Of a stretch of DNA of 60,242 nucleotides, positions 48,266 to 57,828 are shown in pieces (position 1 is the stretch's first letter; each line of letters begins with the position of its first letter). The DNA lies in the IMG/VR virus record IMGVR_UViG_3300036861_000387, positions 1 to 60,242 of that record; one strand, written 5' to 3'. The stretch comes from a virus (lineage: Duplodnaviria > Caudoviricetes). Under the pieces are notes generated by a model. It was given only the letters and a program-made list of their open reading frames with translations, was not told where the DNA came from and made no database searches. A program made the translations under genes and the position numbers.

Positions 48266-49905
48266 AGGCTCGACCCTCCTTCCACGATCCCGGCCCCAGC
48301 CAGTGCCCCCTCGACCAGCCCGGTGGCCTCGCTGGCGCCCTCGACCCACCGTGGCGGCGGCACGGGTGGCGGCACGAAGACGGTGGCGTCCAGCGCCTGG
48401 CCGGTTCCGACCGCGGCCTCGGCGGCGGCCAGCACCGCCGCGGTCGCGTCCAGCGCGGTGCCGCTGCCGGTGGCCACATCGGCCTGGGCCTCGCGGGCGG
48501 CCTGCACGACCGCGTCCAGCGCCTGACCGGTGCCAGTGGCCACGCCAGCGCCGACGGCGACGTGCACGGTGGCGTCCAGCGCGGTGCCGGTCCCGGTGGC
48601 GGCCTCCGCCTGGGCGTCGGTGCGGACCGCAGTGGATACCGTCGCGTCGTAGGCGGTTCCGGTGCCAGCCGCCTGCCCGGCGGTCGCAGAGATGGCCGCC
48701 AGGGCGTCCTGGGCGGCCCCTGCGCCGCTTGCGGCGTCCGCCTGAGCTCCGATACCCCCCTGGGCGTCTGGGGCCGAGCCTGCGCCGCTGGCGGCCTCGG
48801 CAGGGACCCCGAGGCTCGCGGTGGCGTCTGGGGCCGAGCCTGCGCCGCTGGCGGCCTCCGCCTGGGCGTTGGTGCCAGCCGCCGTCGAGACGGTCGCGTC
48901 GTAGGCCGTCCCCGCGCCCGTAGCGACATCGGCGTTGACACCGAGACTGGCGGTGCCGTCCGGGGCGCTGCCTGCCGCTGTGGCCACATCGCCGGTGGCC
49001 GCGAGCGCGACGCCTGCATTAAGCGCCTGGCCGGCTCCCGTCGCCACCTCGGCGGCTGCACCGAGATGGGCGGTCGCGTCGGGCGCGCTACCAGCGGCGG
49101 CCGCCTGGTCGGCGTTGGCGGTGACCGCAGCCTGGGCGTCCAGTGCCGCGCCGGCCCCGGTTGCGACCTCGGCCTGGGCATTGGTGCCCGATGGCGCCCC
49201 TGCGGGTTTCAGCGCGACGATCGCCAGGCCCGCCGCGGTCGACCCGGTCGTGGTCCAGGTGACCGACTCCGACCCGCCGTCCCACACCTGGTAGGCGGCC
49301 CGCCCGGCGCTCGCTGAGGCGCGGTCCCAGTCGGTCAAGTCGGTGTAGCCGGAGGTCTGGGTCGTCGGCGCCGCCGCGATCGGGCACTGCATCGCGGCGA
49401 TGACCAGCCCACCCGCCACCGTCGGCGTGATCGCCGGGGTGGTGTGCGAGGTCGCGGCGGCCTCACCGGAAGGGTCGGGGCTGGCCTGGTCGAGGATGCC
49501 GGTGGTGGCCAGGCCCGACCACTCTGAGACGTGCCAGTTCCAGGAGTTGGTGACGGTGTCGGACCAGGAGATGGTGCCGGGGCTCTGCGCGTTCGGGACG
49601 ACCCAGATCTCGATGTGGGTGTTGCCAGCGCCGGACTGGTAGCCGCGGGCGATCCGCGTCCAGGTGTTGCCGGCCGTGTCGGTCATCGTGGCGATGGACC
49701 CGGTCGACCCGGAGCTGCGACCGACGATGTTGACCAGGCAGTTCCCGTTGGTGGAGGTGAACGCCTGGCTGGTGCCGGTCACGTTGCCGTCGGAGCCCGT
49801 GACCTGCTGGACGAGGGTCGGGCCGGTCGGGGCGGCCTGCCACAGCCGGACCGGCGGCCGCCGCGGCGCCCGCGTGTCCCGCCGGAAGGTGGCCGAGCGG
49901 GCCAT
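48262..49905 (-). CDS. Ala-rich repeat fibre-like virion protein
   Basis: N-terminal beta-rich domain followed by about 14 repeats of roughly 20 aa (A-[ED]-x-A-[TS]-G-x-G-x-A-x-D-A). Confidence 0.75.
   Translation of the reverse strand: MARSATFRRDTRAPRRPPVRLWQAAPTGPTLVQQVTGSDGNVTGTSQAFTSTNGNCLVNIVGRSSGSTGSIATMTDTAGNTWTRIARGYQSGAGNTHIEIWVVPNAQSPGTISWSDTVTNSWNWHVSEWSGLATTGILDQASPDPSGEAAATSHTTPAITPTVAGGLVIAAMQCPIAAAPTTQTSGYTDLTDWDRASASAGRAAYQVWDGGSESVTWTTTGSTAAGLAIVALKPAGAPSGTNAQAEVATGAGAALDAQAAVTANADQAAAAGSAPDATAHLGAAAEVATGAGQALNAGVALAATGDVATAAGSAPDGTASLGVNADVATGAGTAYDATVSTAAGTNAQAEAASGAGSAPDATASLGVPAEAASGAGSAPDAQGGIGAQADAASGAGAAQDALAAISATAGQAAGTGTAYDATVSTAVRTDAQAEAATGTGTALDATVHVAVGAGVATGTGQALDAVVQAAREAQADVATGSGTALDATAAVLAAAEAAVGTGQALDATVFVPPPVPPPRWVEGASEATGLVEGALAGAGIVEGGSSL
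48763..48858. repeat. 36-bp exact direct repeat at 60-bp period
   Basis: GGCGTCTGGGGCCGAGCCTGCGCCGCTGGCGGCCTC at 48763 and 48823. Confidence 0.9.
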
Positions 49906-49908
49906 CGG

Positions 49909-50388
49909 CTACCCCAGCTCGTGGACAGTGAAGCTGAACGCGTAGTTGCCGGCCGGAGGCGCCACGTTGGACTTCATCGCCAGGCCGTTGCCGGTGCCCG
50001 CCTGGACCAGGATGTATTCCTCCGGGGTCGGCGACCAGTCGAACGTCCAGCCCGTCGCCGAGCCCCACCCGTATTCGATGAAGTCGCCGTCGGTGCCCTC
50101 CCCGGAGGCGGTGTGCCCGGCGGTGAAGCTCGCGTCGGCATCGCTCGGGTTGTGCCGCTTGAACGTGGTCGCCGCGACGCTGGTGTAGGTCCCGGCGGCG
50201 GTTTTCTCGATCAGGCGGATGCGGGCGTTGGCCGCCGACGGGATGGTCGCCTGCGCCAGCGAGATCTGCGCACGGACCACCACCAGCGGCTTGGTCGCCG
50301 AGGCATGCACGACCAGGTTGGTGACCGCCCCGGGGTTGGTGATGACGATGGGGACGGTGTAGGCCTGCGAGTGGACCAGCACAGCCAT
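49909..50388 (-). CDS. Virion accessory protein
   Basis: In the late operon; beta-rich. Confidence 0.6.
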   Translation of the reverse strand: MAVLVHSQAYTVPIVITNPGAVTNLVVHASATKPLVVVRAQISLAQATIPSAANARIRLIEKTAAGTYTSVAATTFKRHNPSDADASFTAGHTASGEGTDGDFIEYGWGSATGWTFDWSPTPEEYILVQAGTGNGLAMKSNVAPPAGNYAFSFTVHELG

Positions 50389-50400
50389 GCCAGCAGGCTC

Positions 50401-51114
50401 CTATCTGCGGTAGTTGGGGCCGCGGCGGCGGCGGAACCCCTCGGCGGCGGCGGGCGGGTCGACTTCCGCCAGGACCAGCGCGCTGATCAACTGATCATCA
50501 GAGGCCAGCGTGGTATACCCGTAGGTCGAGGAGGCTGCGTCGGCGCCGCCGAAGCGGGTGTAAACCATCCCGACCGCCACGCCCGGGTCGTGGCCGGCTT
50601 GGTAGGTCTCCCCGGTTTGCAGCCCGGTGGTGACCACGCTGGAACCGCCGTAGCAGTGCACCGCCAGCCCCGCCCAGCCCGACAGCGTCCCCGAGTGGGT
50701 GACCGTGATCGATGGGTTGGCGATGATCCCGAGATCCTGGCCGTTGTTGGCGTCGACCACGACGTTCTTCCCGGCCGCCGCCAGGATGGTGAACACGAAG
50801 CCGTGCTTGTTGGTGGCGGCGTTCACGTCCACCGCGACCGTTTGGGTGCCCTGCGGGATGGCCGAGTCGCCGTAGTAGACGTAGGTGCGCATCAGCTCGG
50901 TGACGGTGCGGGCGTCCGACCGCACCCGGGTCAGCGAGATCCCGCCATAGGTGATGCCGACGACCTCGTCGGCCGACCCCTGCGGCTGGGTGATGAGCGC
51001 CACGACGGCCTTGACGCCGGAGGCGGCCCCCGGATGCGACCAGCTCGTGTCGGCGGTGAACGAGACTGTGTCGGTGGCGGAGTTCTCGCTGAGCACGTCC
51101 AGGATGAGCGCCAT
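50401..51114 (-). CDS. Virion accessory protein
   Basis: TSWSH..VVGITYGGISLT beta-rich pattern; ends RRRRGPNYRR. Confidence 0.6.
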   Translation of the reverse strand: MALILDVLSENSATDTVSFTADTSWSHPGAASGVKAVVALITQPQGSADEVVGITYGGISLTRVRSDARTVTELMRTYVYYGDSAIPQGTQTVAVDVNAATNKHGFVFTILAAAGKNVVVDANNGQDLGIIANPSITVTHSGTLSGWAGLAVHCYGGSSVVTTGLQTGETYQAGHDPGVAVGMVYTRFGGADAASSTYGYTTLASDDQLISALVLAEVDPPAAAEGFRRRRGPNYRR

Positions 51115-51117
51115 CGG

Positions 51118-51846
51118 TCAGCCCATCACGACCGAGCCGCCGGGGTTCAGCAGCGGCGTGGTGGTCGCCGCGTACACCGCCAGCAGCGCGTAATAGCTGT
51201 CGGCGGCGTCGGCGGCTGAGGTGTTGACGGTGGCGGTGCATTCGTAGGTCGCGCCCGCGCTGGTGCCGAACGCCCATGACCAGGACGCGGCGAGTTCCTG
51301 GTTGGTCAGGCTCAGCCGGGCCTCGTCCCGCTCGGTGAAGCCGTTGGTATGCCCGGAGAAGTTCAGCGTCATCCCCGGCGCGGACGCCTGGTGGGTGGTC
51401 AGGTGGGTCGCCAGCGCCACCACCTCGCCGCGGGTGGTCGCCGGGGTCGTCCCAGTCGATAGCGTTGACACCGACGCGCCGCTGGCCGAGTTCTGGCTGT
51501 AGGTCTCGTAGGGGAACACCGGGTCGAGCACGATGTCCCACTCGGTGACCCGCCACGCCCATACCCGCGCCCCAATCGGGTCGGTCCACTGCCAGGTGGA
51601 CTCGCCGGCCGGGATGCCGGAGCGGCGGAACGTCCACAGGATCGGCGAGGCTGGGATGGCGAAGCAATCAAACTGCCAGTTGTCCGGCATGCCAGGCCAC
51701 ACAATCGGGCCGTACATCTCCACGATCACGCTGTGGTCGCCTGACCCGGAGGTCGGGTTGTCGAGGGTGACGTCGACGGTCTGCTGGCCTGCGCCGCCGA
51801 CGGTGCCGGTCTTGGCCTGGACCGCGTTTGCGGCTGACAGCGCCAT
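51118..51846 (-). CDS. Virion accessory protein
   Basis: Resembles the N-terminal domain of 48262-49905 (VQ..TG; W.V.EW; TG.T..T....V.A). Confidence 0.6.
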   Translation of the reverse strand: MALSAANAVQAKTGTVGGAGQQTVDVTLDNPTSGSGDHSVIVEMYGPIVWPGMPDNWQFDCFAIPASPILWTFRRSGIPAGESTWQWTDPIGARVWAWRVTEWDIVLDPVFPYETYSQNSASGASVSTLSTGTTPATTRGEVVALATHLTTHQASAPGMTLNFSGHTNGFTERDEARLSLTNQELAASWSWAFGTSAGATYECTATVNTSAADAADSYYALLAVYAATTTPLLNPGGSVVMG

Positions 51847-52365
51847 CTACGGGGCGGTGCCGCACCACGGCGCCACGAACGACCCGGCGAACGACCCACC
51901 CGACGGGAAGCTCAGGCTGGCGCTGCCCTCGTACTGGACGTTGTCCATGCGGGTAAAGCTGACGGTGCCCGAGGTGGCCGCGATGTCGTTGCCGAGCCCG
52001 CCGCCCGCCTTGGCCTTCATGAAGTAGGCGCGGACGGTCCGGGTGACGCCGTCGCTGGTGATGAGCTGCACGTCGGGGACGGTGAAGGTGGCCGGCAGGT
52101 CAGCGGCCGGCGGGTACACGGGGGCGCAGTCCGGCAGCGGAATCCAGCCGAGCAGCGCCAGCCGGATCGTCAGCTCGTTGGCGACATACGGGTTCCCGGT
52201 GGCGCAGGCGCCCGCGCAGTCCGACAGCAGCACGACGTGGTTCCACTGCGCCTGCACCCCACCCGCCGGACACAGCAGCCCACCGAAGTTGCCGGCGTAG
52301 GCATCCTGGAGGCCGGTGAGGCTGTTGCCGCTGACCGTACCAGTCGGGTTGGACACAGAACCCAA
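51847..52365 (-). CDS. Cys-containing beta-rich hypothetical protein
   Basis: AAGGAGG RBS with TTG start. Confidence 0.6.
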   Translation of the reverse strand: MGSVSNPTGTVSGNSLTGLQDAYAGNFGGLLCPAGGVQAQWNHVVLLSDCAGACATGNPYVANELTIRLALLGWIPLPDCAPVYPPAADLPATFTVPDVQLITSDGVTRTVRAYFMKAKAGGGLGNDIAATSGTVSFTRMDNVQYEGSASLSFPSGGSFAGSFVAPWCGTAP

Positions 52366-52568
52366 GGTGAGGTTCCTCCTTGAGGGATTCGGGGTATGCC
52401 AGCGCCCAGGGCGGGTCCGGGGGTCTCGCCGTCGGACGCTCGTCTCCCGGGCCCCACCCCGAGGTCGGACGCTGCGCCGGGTCCGGCCCTGGCATGGGTG
52501 GGGTCGGCCGGGACGGCAGCCAGGCGGGCTGGCAGCGACCTGACCGCCGCCCCAGGCCGTTCGGGGGG

Positions 52569-52781
52569 CTACTTGTCGGCGGGCTTGGGCGCGGCCTTGT
52601 CCGCAGGTTTGGCCTGCGCCTTCGGCGCCGCCTTCCTCTCGACGAGGAGGCCCTCGCGGCGGGCCTCCTCGTCCGACAGCTCCGTTCCCGCCGGGTAGGC
52701 CAGGAACGCCGCCGCCGGGTCGCCCTCCTCCACCAGCTTCCCATCCGTGGTCCGGTAGAGACGCTGGTCGACCTTGAACAT
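52569..52781 (-). CDS. Small head-associated protein
   Basis: RLYRTTDGKLVEEGDPAAAFL..PADK-repeat tail. Confidence 0.65.
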   Translation of the reverse strand: MFKVDQRLYRTTDGKLVEEGDPAAAFLAYPAGTELSDEEARREGLLVERKAAPKAQAKPADKAAPKPADK

Positions 52782-52791
52782 CGGCGGCCTC

Positions 52792-53190
52792 CTACTTGTA
52801 GAACAGCACGACGCGGAACTTCCCCGCCGTCAGGACCGCAGTCGCGATCGTCATGGTCAGGCTGCGCCGCACGGTCGTCTTGACCGCGGTCGCGCCGCTG
52901 GCGGCCGGGACGATCGACTTGCGGCCGACGGTCAGGCCCGCCTGGCCGGTGGCGGCCAAGATGTCCCCGGCGCTCTCGGCGGTGAGCGCCACAGTGCCGG
53001 TCGCCGACGCCACCGCGGTCTCCACGTCGATGTAGCCGCTGGTGACGACCGCGCCGGCGGGCAGGTCGTTGCCCTGCAGGTCGCCGGGTGCGGCCCGCAG
53101 CGTGATTGTCCCGGCCGCGCCGGCGTCGACCGCGAAGTCGTACTCGGCGCTGGCGGTCTTCAGTCGGGTGGTGCCTTCCATGACTGGCAT
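52792..53190 (-). CDS. Putative capsid decoration protein
   Basis: EYDFAVDAG..LPAGAVV..LTAGKFRVVLFY. Confidence 0.55.
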   Translation of the reverse strand: MPVMEGTTRLKTASAEYDFAVDAGAAGTITLRAAPGDLQGNDLPAGAVVTSGYIDVETAVASATGTVALTAESAGDILAATGQAGLTVGRKSIVPAASGATAVKTTVRRSLTMTIATAVLTAGKFRVVLFYK

Positions 53191-53247
53191 CGGCGTCCGT
53201 CCCTCTCTCATCAGCTCTGGTCGCGGCTAGAGCTTGCCTCTTTCACA

Positions 53248-53457
53248 TCAGAGCGTGTCGATCCGGACCCAGACGGCCGCCTGGCGCTCGTACAGGAACC
53301 CGGTCAGCACGTTCTCGGCGAGGGTGCCGTTGGCGGGCGTCCCGTCGTAGCCGATAGTGGTGTCGGTGGGCACGCCTTCGGACTTGTAGATGCGGTTCTT
53401 CAGGCCGGGGTTGGTGGTCTGACCGGCGATCACCCTGCCGCCGAAGATCACGGGCAT
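53248..53457 (-). CDS. Small virion protein
   Basis: AAGGAG RBS; GVPT..GTL..TGFLYE. Confidence 0.6.
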   Translation of the reverse strand: MPVIFGGRVIAGQTTNPGLKNRIYKSEGVPTDTTIGYDGTPANGTLAENVLTGFLYERQAAVWVRIDTL

Positions 53458-53469
53458 GGCTGCTCCTTC

Positions 53470-53745
53470 CTAGACGCCGATGCGCAGCACGGCGAGGTCG
53501 ACATCGGCAGCCGCCGATCGAATGGCGAAGAGTTGCTCACCGGCCGCCAGCGGCACCGTCACGGACTCGCCCGGAGCGAGCCGGAATCCAGCGCCCGCCG
53601 TGACGCCCGACGGGCCGAGGTCGGCGGTATCGGTCGCGTCGATGTTGCGGACGATCAGTGTGGCGCCAGATACCACGTCAGTCTCCGCGACGTTCAGCGC
53701 CACCGCCGTGGTGGACGCAGTGATGCGCGCTGCGGTGATCGCCAT
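53470..53745 (-). CDS. Small virion protein (possible decoration)
   Basis: LIVRN..LGPSGVT..GFRLAPGES. Confidence 0.6.
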   Translation of the reverse strand: MAITAARITASTTAVALNVAETDVVSGATLIVRNIDATDTADLGPSGVTAGAGFRLAPGESVTVPLAAGEQLFAIRSAAADVDLAVLRIGV

Positions 53746-53756
53746 GACAGCCTCCA

Positions 53757-53785
53757 GCGGGAGGCGGGTGCATCCCGCCTCCCGC
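53757..53785 (-). terminator. Perfect 12-bp hairpin after the capsid gene
   Basis: GCGGGAGGCGGG-TGCAT-CCCGCCTCCCGC; no U-tract. Confidence 0.65.
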
Positions 53786-53799
53786 GTGTCCGGGCCGGC

Positions 53800-55041
53800 T
53801 CAGATGCCGGTGACGGTCGCGAACGCCGCAGGGCGGTAGATGACCAGCGCCACCCGCATGTCGGCGCGGATCGCCTGCTTGCCGTTGACGAAGAACACGT
53901 CGTGGCTGTTGCTGATCTGCACGTCGACGCCGCGGCGGACGGTCAGCTCGGAGAAGTTGGCGAAGTCGCCGACCAGGCCGGTGTTCTCCGTCAGCGCCTG
54001 GGCGCGGACCACCCGCAGGCCCCAGATCCGCTCGGGGCCGGCATCCGATGGGTTGCCCCAGATGTAGATGCCGTCGGCGGTGCGCAGCAGCCGCACGTCC
54101 TGCCAGTCGTTGGGGTGGAACACCACGGCGTTGGCCATCGCCTGGCCGGTGACTTCCACCTTGACGATCGCCTTGTAGACGGCGTCGGGGGTGGGGTCGG
54201 TGCCCTTGGCCTGGGTCTGGATGCCGACGACGTTGAGGATGCCGCGGAGGTTGGGGGCGGTGCCGTTGCCGACCAGGATCTGCAGGTCCAGCCGCTGGCG
54301 GACCATGAAGCCCAGGCGGTTGTCGATGATCCCGCGGATGCGGGGCTCGTCCTCGAGCTGCTCGTCGGTGACGGGCAGGAACACGGCGATCTTGCGGACC
54401 AGGCTCGACTGCTCGGTGAACGCCAGCGCCGCCTCCTGGTAGGCGCCCGCCTCGGCGGTCTCCGCGGCGGCGTTGGTGAAGGTGGTCTCCTCCATGTACT
54501 GCACGGCCGACTGGGTGGTCTCGGTCTGGGGGATGATGTCGGCGACCTGGATGGGGCGGGTGGCGAACTCGACCACCCGGTCGGTGCGCAGCACCTCGGG
54601 CGCGAAGCCGGCGGTGGTGCTCATCACCGTCTTCAGCTCGACGTCGATGTGTGCGGTCGGCCCGACCGGGCCCTGCTTGCCCTTGTAGGCCTGGGACTCG
54701 ACGAACAGCTGCCCGAACGACTTGGCGGCCGGACGGCTGCCGGCGCTCGGGCCGTGGTCGCTGCCGGCCTCGCCGGCACCGTCGTCGAGGCCGCGCTCGT
54801 TGGCGACGCGGGTCCGCTCGGCGGCCTTCTGCACCGCGCGGAGGTCGTCGACCTCCTTGCCGAGCTCGGTCTGCTCGTCGTTCAGCTTGCGGATGTGGGC
54901 GGCCTTATCGACGGTGGTGCCCTTGATGGACTTGACCTTGGTCAGGTCCATCTCCTGCCCGGCTTCCTTGAAGATGCCGGACAGCTCGGCGCGCTTGGCG
55001 GCAAGCGCGTCCTCCTTCTCCTTCAGCGCGGCGAACGCCAT
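53800..55041 (-). CDS. Major capsid protein (HK97 fold, with delta domain)
   Basis: Coiled-coil N-terminus; SFGQLFVES, VRKIAVFLPVTDEQLED, QILVGNG, FHPNDW, IWGLRVV, GDF, RPAAF. Confidence 0.95.
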   Translation of the reverse strand: MAFAALKEKEDALAAKRAELSGIFKEAGQEMDLTKVKSIKGTTVDKAAHIRKLNDEQTELGKEVDDLRAVQKAAERTRVANERGLDDGAGEAGSDHGPSAGSRPAAKSFGQLFVESQAYKGKQGPVGPTAHIDVELKTVMSTTAGFAPEVLRTDRVVEFATRPIQVADIIPQTETTQSAVQYMEETTFTNAAAETAEAGAYQEAALAFTEQSSLVRKIAVFLPVTDEQLEDEPRIRGIIDNRLGFMVRQRLDLQILVGNGTAPNLRGILNVVGIQTQAKGTDPTPDAVYKAIVKVEVTGQAMANAVVFHPNDWQDVRLLRTADGIYIWGNPSDAGPERIWGLRVVRAQALTENTGLVGDFANFSELTVRRGVDVQISNSHDVFFVNGKQAIRADMRVALVIYRPAAFATVTGI

Positions 55042-55042
55042 G

Positions 55043-56344
55043 TCATGCACTCTCCTGATGCTGGAGCGAGTGGACGTACCGCACGTATTCGCGGGCGGCG
55101 TCGTCCTGGGGTGAGTCAAGGACAGTCCGGAGTCGCCGCAGGTCGTCGTACAACCACTCAAGGAGGTCGATGGACGCCGAGGCGAGGGACTTGCCCTTGG
55201 CAGCGCGGAGCGCCATGACGTCCGACGCGCGATCGAGCAGGGCCGACACGCCAGCCATGACGGCGGCGGCCTCGTCGGTGAATTTCATGCTGCTGGTGTC
55301 GCCGCCCGCGCGCAGCTCCGGGGGCTCACGATCCCCATCCTGCAGGTGGCCGGCGAGGTGGTTGTAGACGCCGCGGCGGTCCGATTCCGGGATGCTGGTC
55401 CCGCCGCGGGCGCCGTTGAGGACCGCGATCCCGGTGGTGCAGGCCCGCAGGTTGGCCGCGCCGCCGGGTTCGTGGTGGTGGGGGAACCGGTAGGAGGCCT
55501 TGACCTCCGGGTCGCCGTCGGAGTCCACCCAGGCGTACACCGAGCGCAGCTCGGCGATGGAGGCGTCGTCGCTGATCGCGGCCTCCGCGGCGGCGGCGTC
55601 CCACGCCTTGGCCACGACCGGGGTCTCGTGCGGGCGGATCGCCGCCTTGTACTCCGACACCATCGTCCTTTCGACCAGCCGGGTGGCTTCGTGGGCGTCG
55701 TAGCCGCCCTCCATGAGCGCCTTCACCGCGAGCGTCCGGGTGTTGACGCCGGAGCCGACCAGCACCGGCGAGACCTCGTGGACCTTCAGCCGCTTGAGGA
55801 ACCGGACATCGCGGCCGTCGAAGGTGCCGCGGTCGGAGTCCAGCACGTCGTAGCCGTAGGACCACTGCTGGCGGGCGCCGAGCTGCTTGACGACGGTGAA
55901 GGTGTCCCGGCCGACCTGGGTGTCCATGAAGAACTGGCCGTCCAGGACGGCCTCGGACTTGGTCTCCCGGATGGTGCCCTTGCCGACCGGCAGTGCCCCG
56001 CCCCAGCTGGTGTGCTGGTAGGACGAGATGATGACCTCGGCGCCGTCCTCGAACGCGCCGTTGGGGGTGACGTCGTCGTCGTCGTCGACGACGTTCAGGG
56101 TGGCGAACACCGCCGACACCTCGCCCTTGGCGGCGTTCTTGATCTCGACGCGCTGCAGCGCCTTGCTCTGAACCATGCGGCCGCTCCTGGCAGTGGGTTC
56201 GGCGTTGTAGAGGGCGGCCATCTGCCGCCGTGCTGCTTCCTGGCTGGCGTGGCACCGGTTCTCAGCCCGACCGGTGTCGTTGTTGATGACGCCCCACGGC
56301 TTTGAAGCCGGGCACTGCTGCGTGCGGGCCACATGCCAGGGCAT
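55043..56344 (-). CDS. HK97-family prohead protease with N- and C-terminal extensions
   Basis: AVFATLNVVD..GAF..YQH..PVGKG..WSYGY..VHEVSPV. Confidence 0.9.
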   Translation of the reverse strand: MPWHVARTQQCPASKPWGVINNDTGRAENRCHASQEAARRQMAALYNAEPTARSGRMVQSKALQRVEIKNAAKGEVSAVFATLNVVDDDDDVTPNGAFEDGAEVIISSYQHTSWGGALPVGKGTIRETKSEAVLDGQFFMDTQVGRDTFTVVKQLGARQQWSYGYDVLDSDRGTFDGRDVRFLKRLKVHEVSPVLVGSGVNTRTLAVKALMEGGYDAHEATRLVERTMVSEYKAAIRPHETPVVAKAWDAAAAEAAISDDASIAELRSVYAWVDSDGDPEVKASYRFPHHHEPGGAANLRACTTGIAVLNGARGGTSIPESDRRGVYNHLAGHLQDGDREPPELRAGGDTSSMKFTDEAAAVMAGVSALLDRASDVMALRAAKGKSLASASIDLLEWLYDDLRRLRTVLDSPQDDAAREYVRYVHSLQHQESA

Positions 56345-56359
56345 CCGGCGACCTCCTGG

Positions 56360-57826
56360 CTATCGCGCGGTGATGGCCTCGCGGATCCTGCCGTTCCCGT
56401 TGGCTGAACCCACGCCGTCCTCGCCGGAGCCGGGCGGCCGCTGCTGCACCGGCAGCAGCCCCGAGTGGCGGCCGCGGAGCCGGTTCAGGTCGTTGGTCTG
56501 CACGAACTCGACTGCCGCGTCGGCTTCCCACCCGCCATCGGCCAGCGTTCGGAGCGCCTGGGCGTCCAGGGAGCGGATCTTGGCGAGGTCGGCGGCGTCC
56601 TCGCGCAGGAACGCGATGTCGCGGTCGTCGTACCACAGCGACGCGCTCGGCCTCGGCGGGGTGACGAGGGTCTGCAGCGAGGCGGCGGCGATCCGCCATA
56701 GCGGCTTCATCGTCTTGTTACCGGTCAGCCGCGCTGCGGTGCCGAGATTCCCGGCGTTCAGCGACGATCCTTCCAGCCCGCCGGCAAGGCCGACCATGGC
56801 CGGGTGCAGCCCAGCAGCGGCCATGATGCGTTCCTCGCCGCCGCCCTGGGTGGTCTTGAACTCCAGGTCGCGGAGGTTGACGCTCAGCGGCTTCACATCG
56901 GCGCCGCCCGCCAGAAACAGCGTCTTGTAGGCCTTGTCGGCGCCCTGATGGGCCTGGCGGAACTTGGCGACGAACTGCTCGAAGGCTTCGTCGTCGGTGT
57001 CCTTGTCAAACACGATCGCCAGATTCGGAGTGGCGCCGTTGGTGAAGAACCGGCTCTTGTGGACGGTGGCGGCCTTGTCGGCGCGGATGTCCTCCACCAG
57101 CGGCGTCAGCCACGACATGCCGCGGTAGCGGGCCAGCGGGTCGGGCAGCGGCGAGAAGTGGCAGACCTCTTCCGGCAGCAGCACCTGCGGGTCCGAACGC
57201 CTACGGCCACCACCAATCGGGGGCGGCTCGTAGATGTAGGCCAGGATGCGGGCGTCCAGCGCGTTGGGGTCGCCGTTGTCGGGGTCGCTCGGCTGGCCGA
57301 TGACGATGGTCACCCAGTCCGGGCGCATGACCACGATCCGCCGGGTCGGGCCCCGCGCCGCCCGCCCCAGCCGGCCGCCATCGTCGGCGAGGGTGGCGTA
57401 GAAGTTCCCCGCCAGGCTGGCGTGGAGCTCCATGCGGGCCAGCAGCTCGCCGGTGGTGCCACCGGGCCACGGCTGCTCCAGTAGCGTCAGCTCCTCGGAG
57501 CCGAACAGCTCACCGGGGCGGCCCTGGCGGTACTCCCGCCACTGGAACCGCGCCTCGGAGAAGATGAGCTGGCGGACCAGCAGGCACGCGAACACCACGC
57601 CATTGGCCTTGTAGGCCGAGGTGACGTAGCCCTCGAAGTTGGTGTCGATCTTTTCGAGGTTGCCGTACAGCGGCGTGGTCGCCAGCAGCGGGGCGGTCAG
57701 CGCGTCGTAGGCCCAGAACGGCGATTGGGAGAACCCCTGGCCGCCGCCGAAGGCGAGGTTGTGCTTGCGGCCGTAGCGGGCCAGCGAGGCCCGCCGACGC
57801 TCGGCGACGGCCTCCAGCACCCCCAT
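56360..57826 (-). CDS. Portal protein (HK97 family)
   Basis: NGVVFAC..LAGNFY..MRPDWV..EVCHF..RGMSWL..FFTNGATP. Confidence 0.95.
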   Translation of the reverse strand: MGVLEAVAERRRASLARYGRKHNLAFGGGQGFSQSPFWAYDALTAPLLATTPLYGNLEKIDTNFEGYVTSAYKANGVVFACLLVRQLIFSEARFQWREYRQGRPGELFGSEELTLLEQPWPGGTTGELLARMELHASLAGNFYATLADDGGRLGRAARGPTRRIVVMRPDWVTIVIGQPSDPDNGDPNALDARILAYIYEPPPIGGGRRRSDPQVLLPEEVCHFSPLPDPLARYRGMSWLTPLVEDIRADKAATVHKSRFFTNGATPNLAIVFDKDTDDEAFEQFVAKFRQAHQGADKAYKTLFLAGGADVKPLSVNLRDLEFKTTQGGGEERIMAAAGLHPAMVGLAGGLEGSSLNAGNLGTAARLTGNKTMKPLWRIAAASLQTLVTPPRPSASLWYDDRDIAFLREDAADLAKIRSLDAQALRTLADGGWEADAAVEFVQTNDLNRLRGRHSGLLPVQQRPPGSGEDGVGSANGNGRIREAITAR

Positions 57827-57828
57827 GG

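Noticed and set aside
48323-49170. Regularly spaced repeats resembling a CRISPR array
   Set aside because: In-frame 60-bp protein repeats inside a CDS; no unique spacers and no cas genes
52380-52568. Known riboswitch (e.g. c-di-AMP ydaO)
   Set aside because: I could not match the conserved sequence elements by eye; an Rfam search is needed
55042-55161. Longer capsid N-terminus given in the ORF track
   Set aside because: It overlaps the protease gene; the ATG at 55041 has an AGGAGAG RBS and directly follows the protease stop
36913-56305. Long + strand ORFs opposite the structural genes (e.g. 43230-45293, 49531-51219, 52774-55218)
   Set aside because: Shadow ORFs caused by high-GC codon bias; they mirror clear minus-strand genes and have no recognisable motifs
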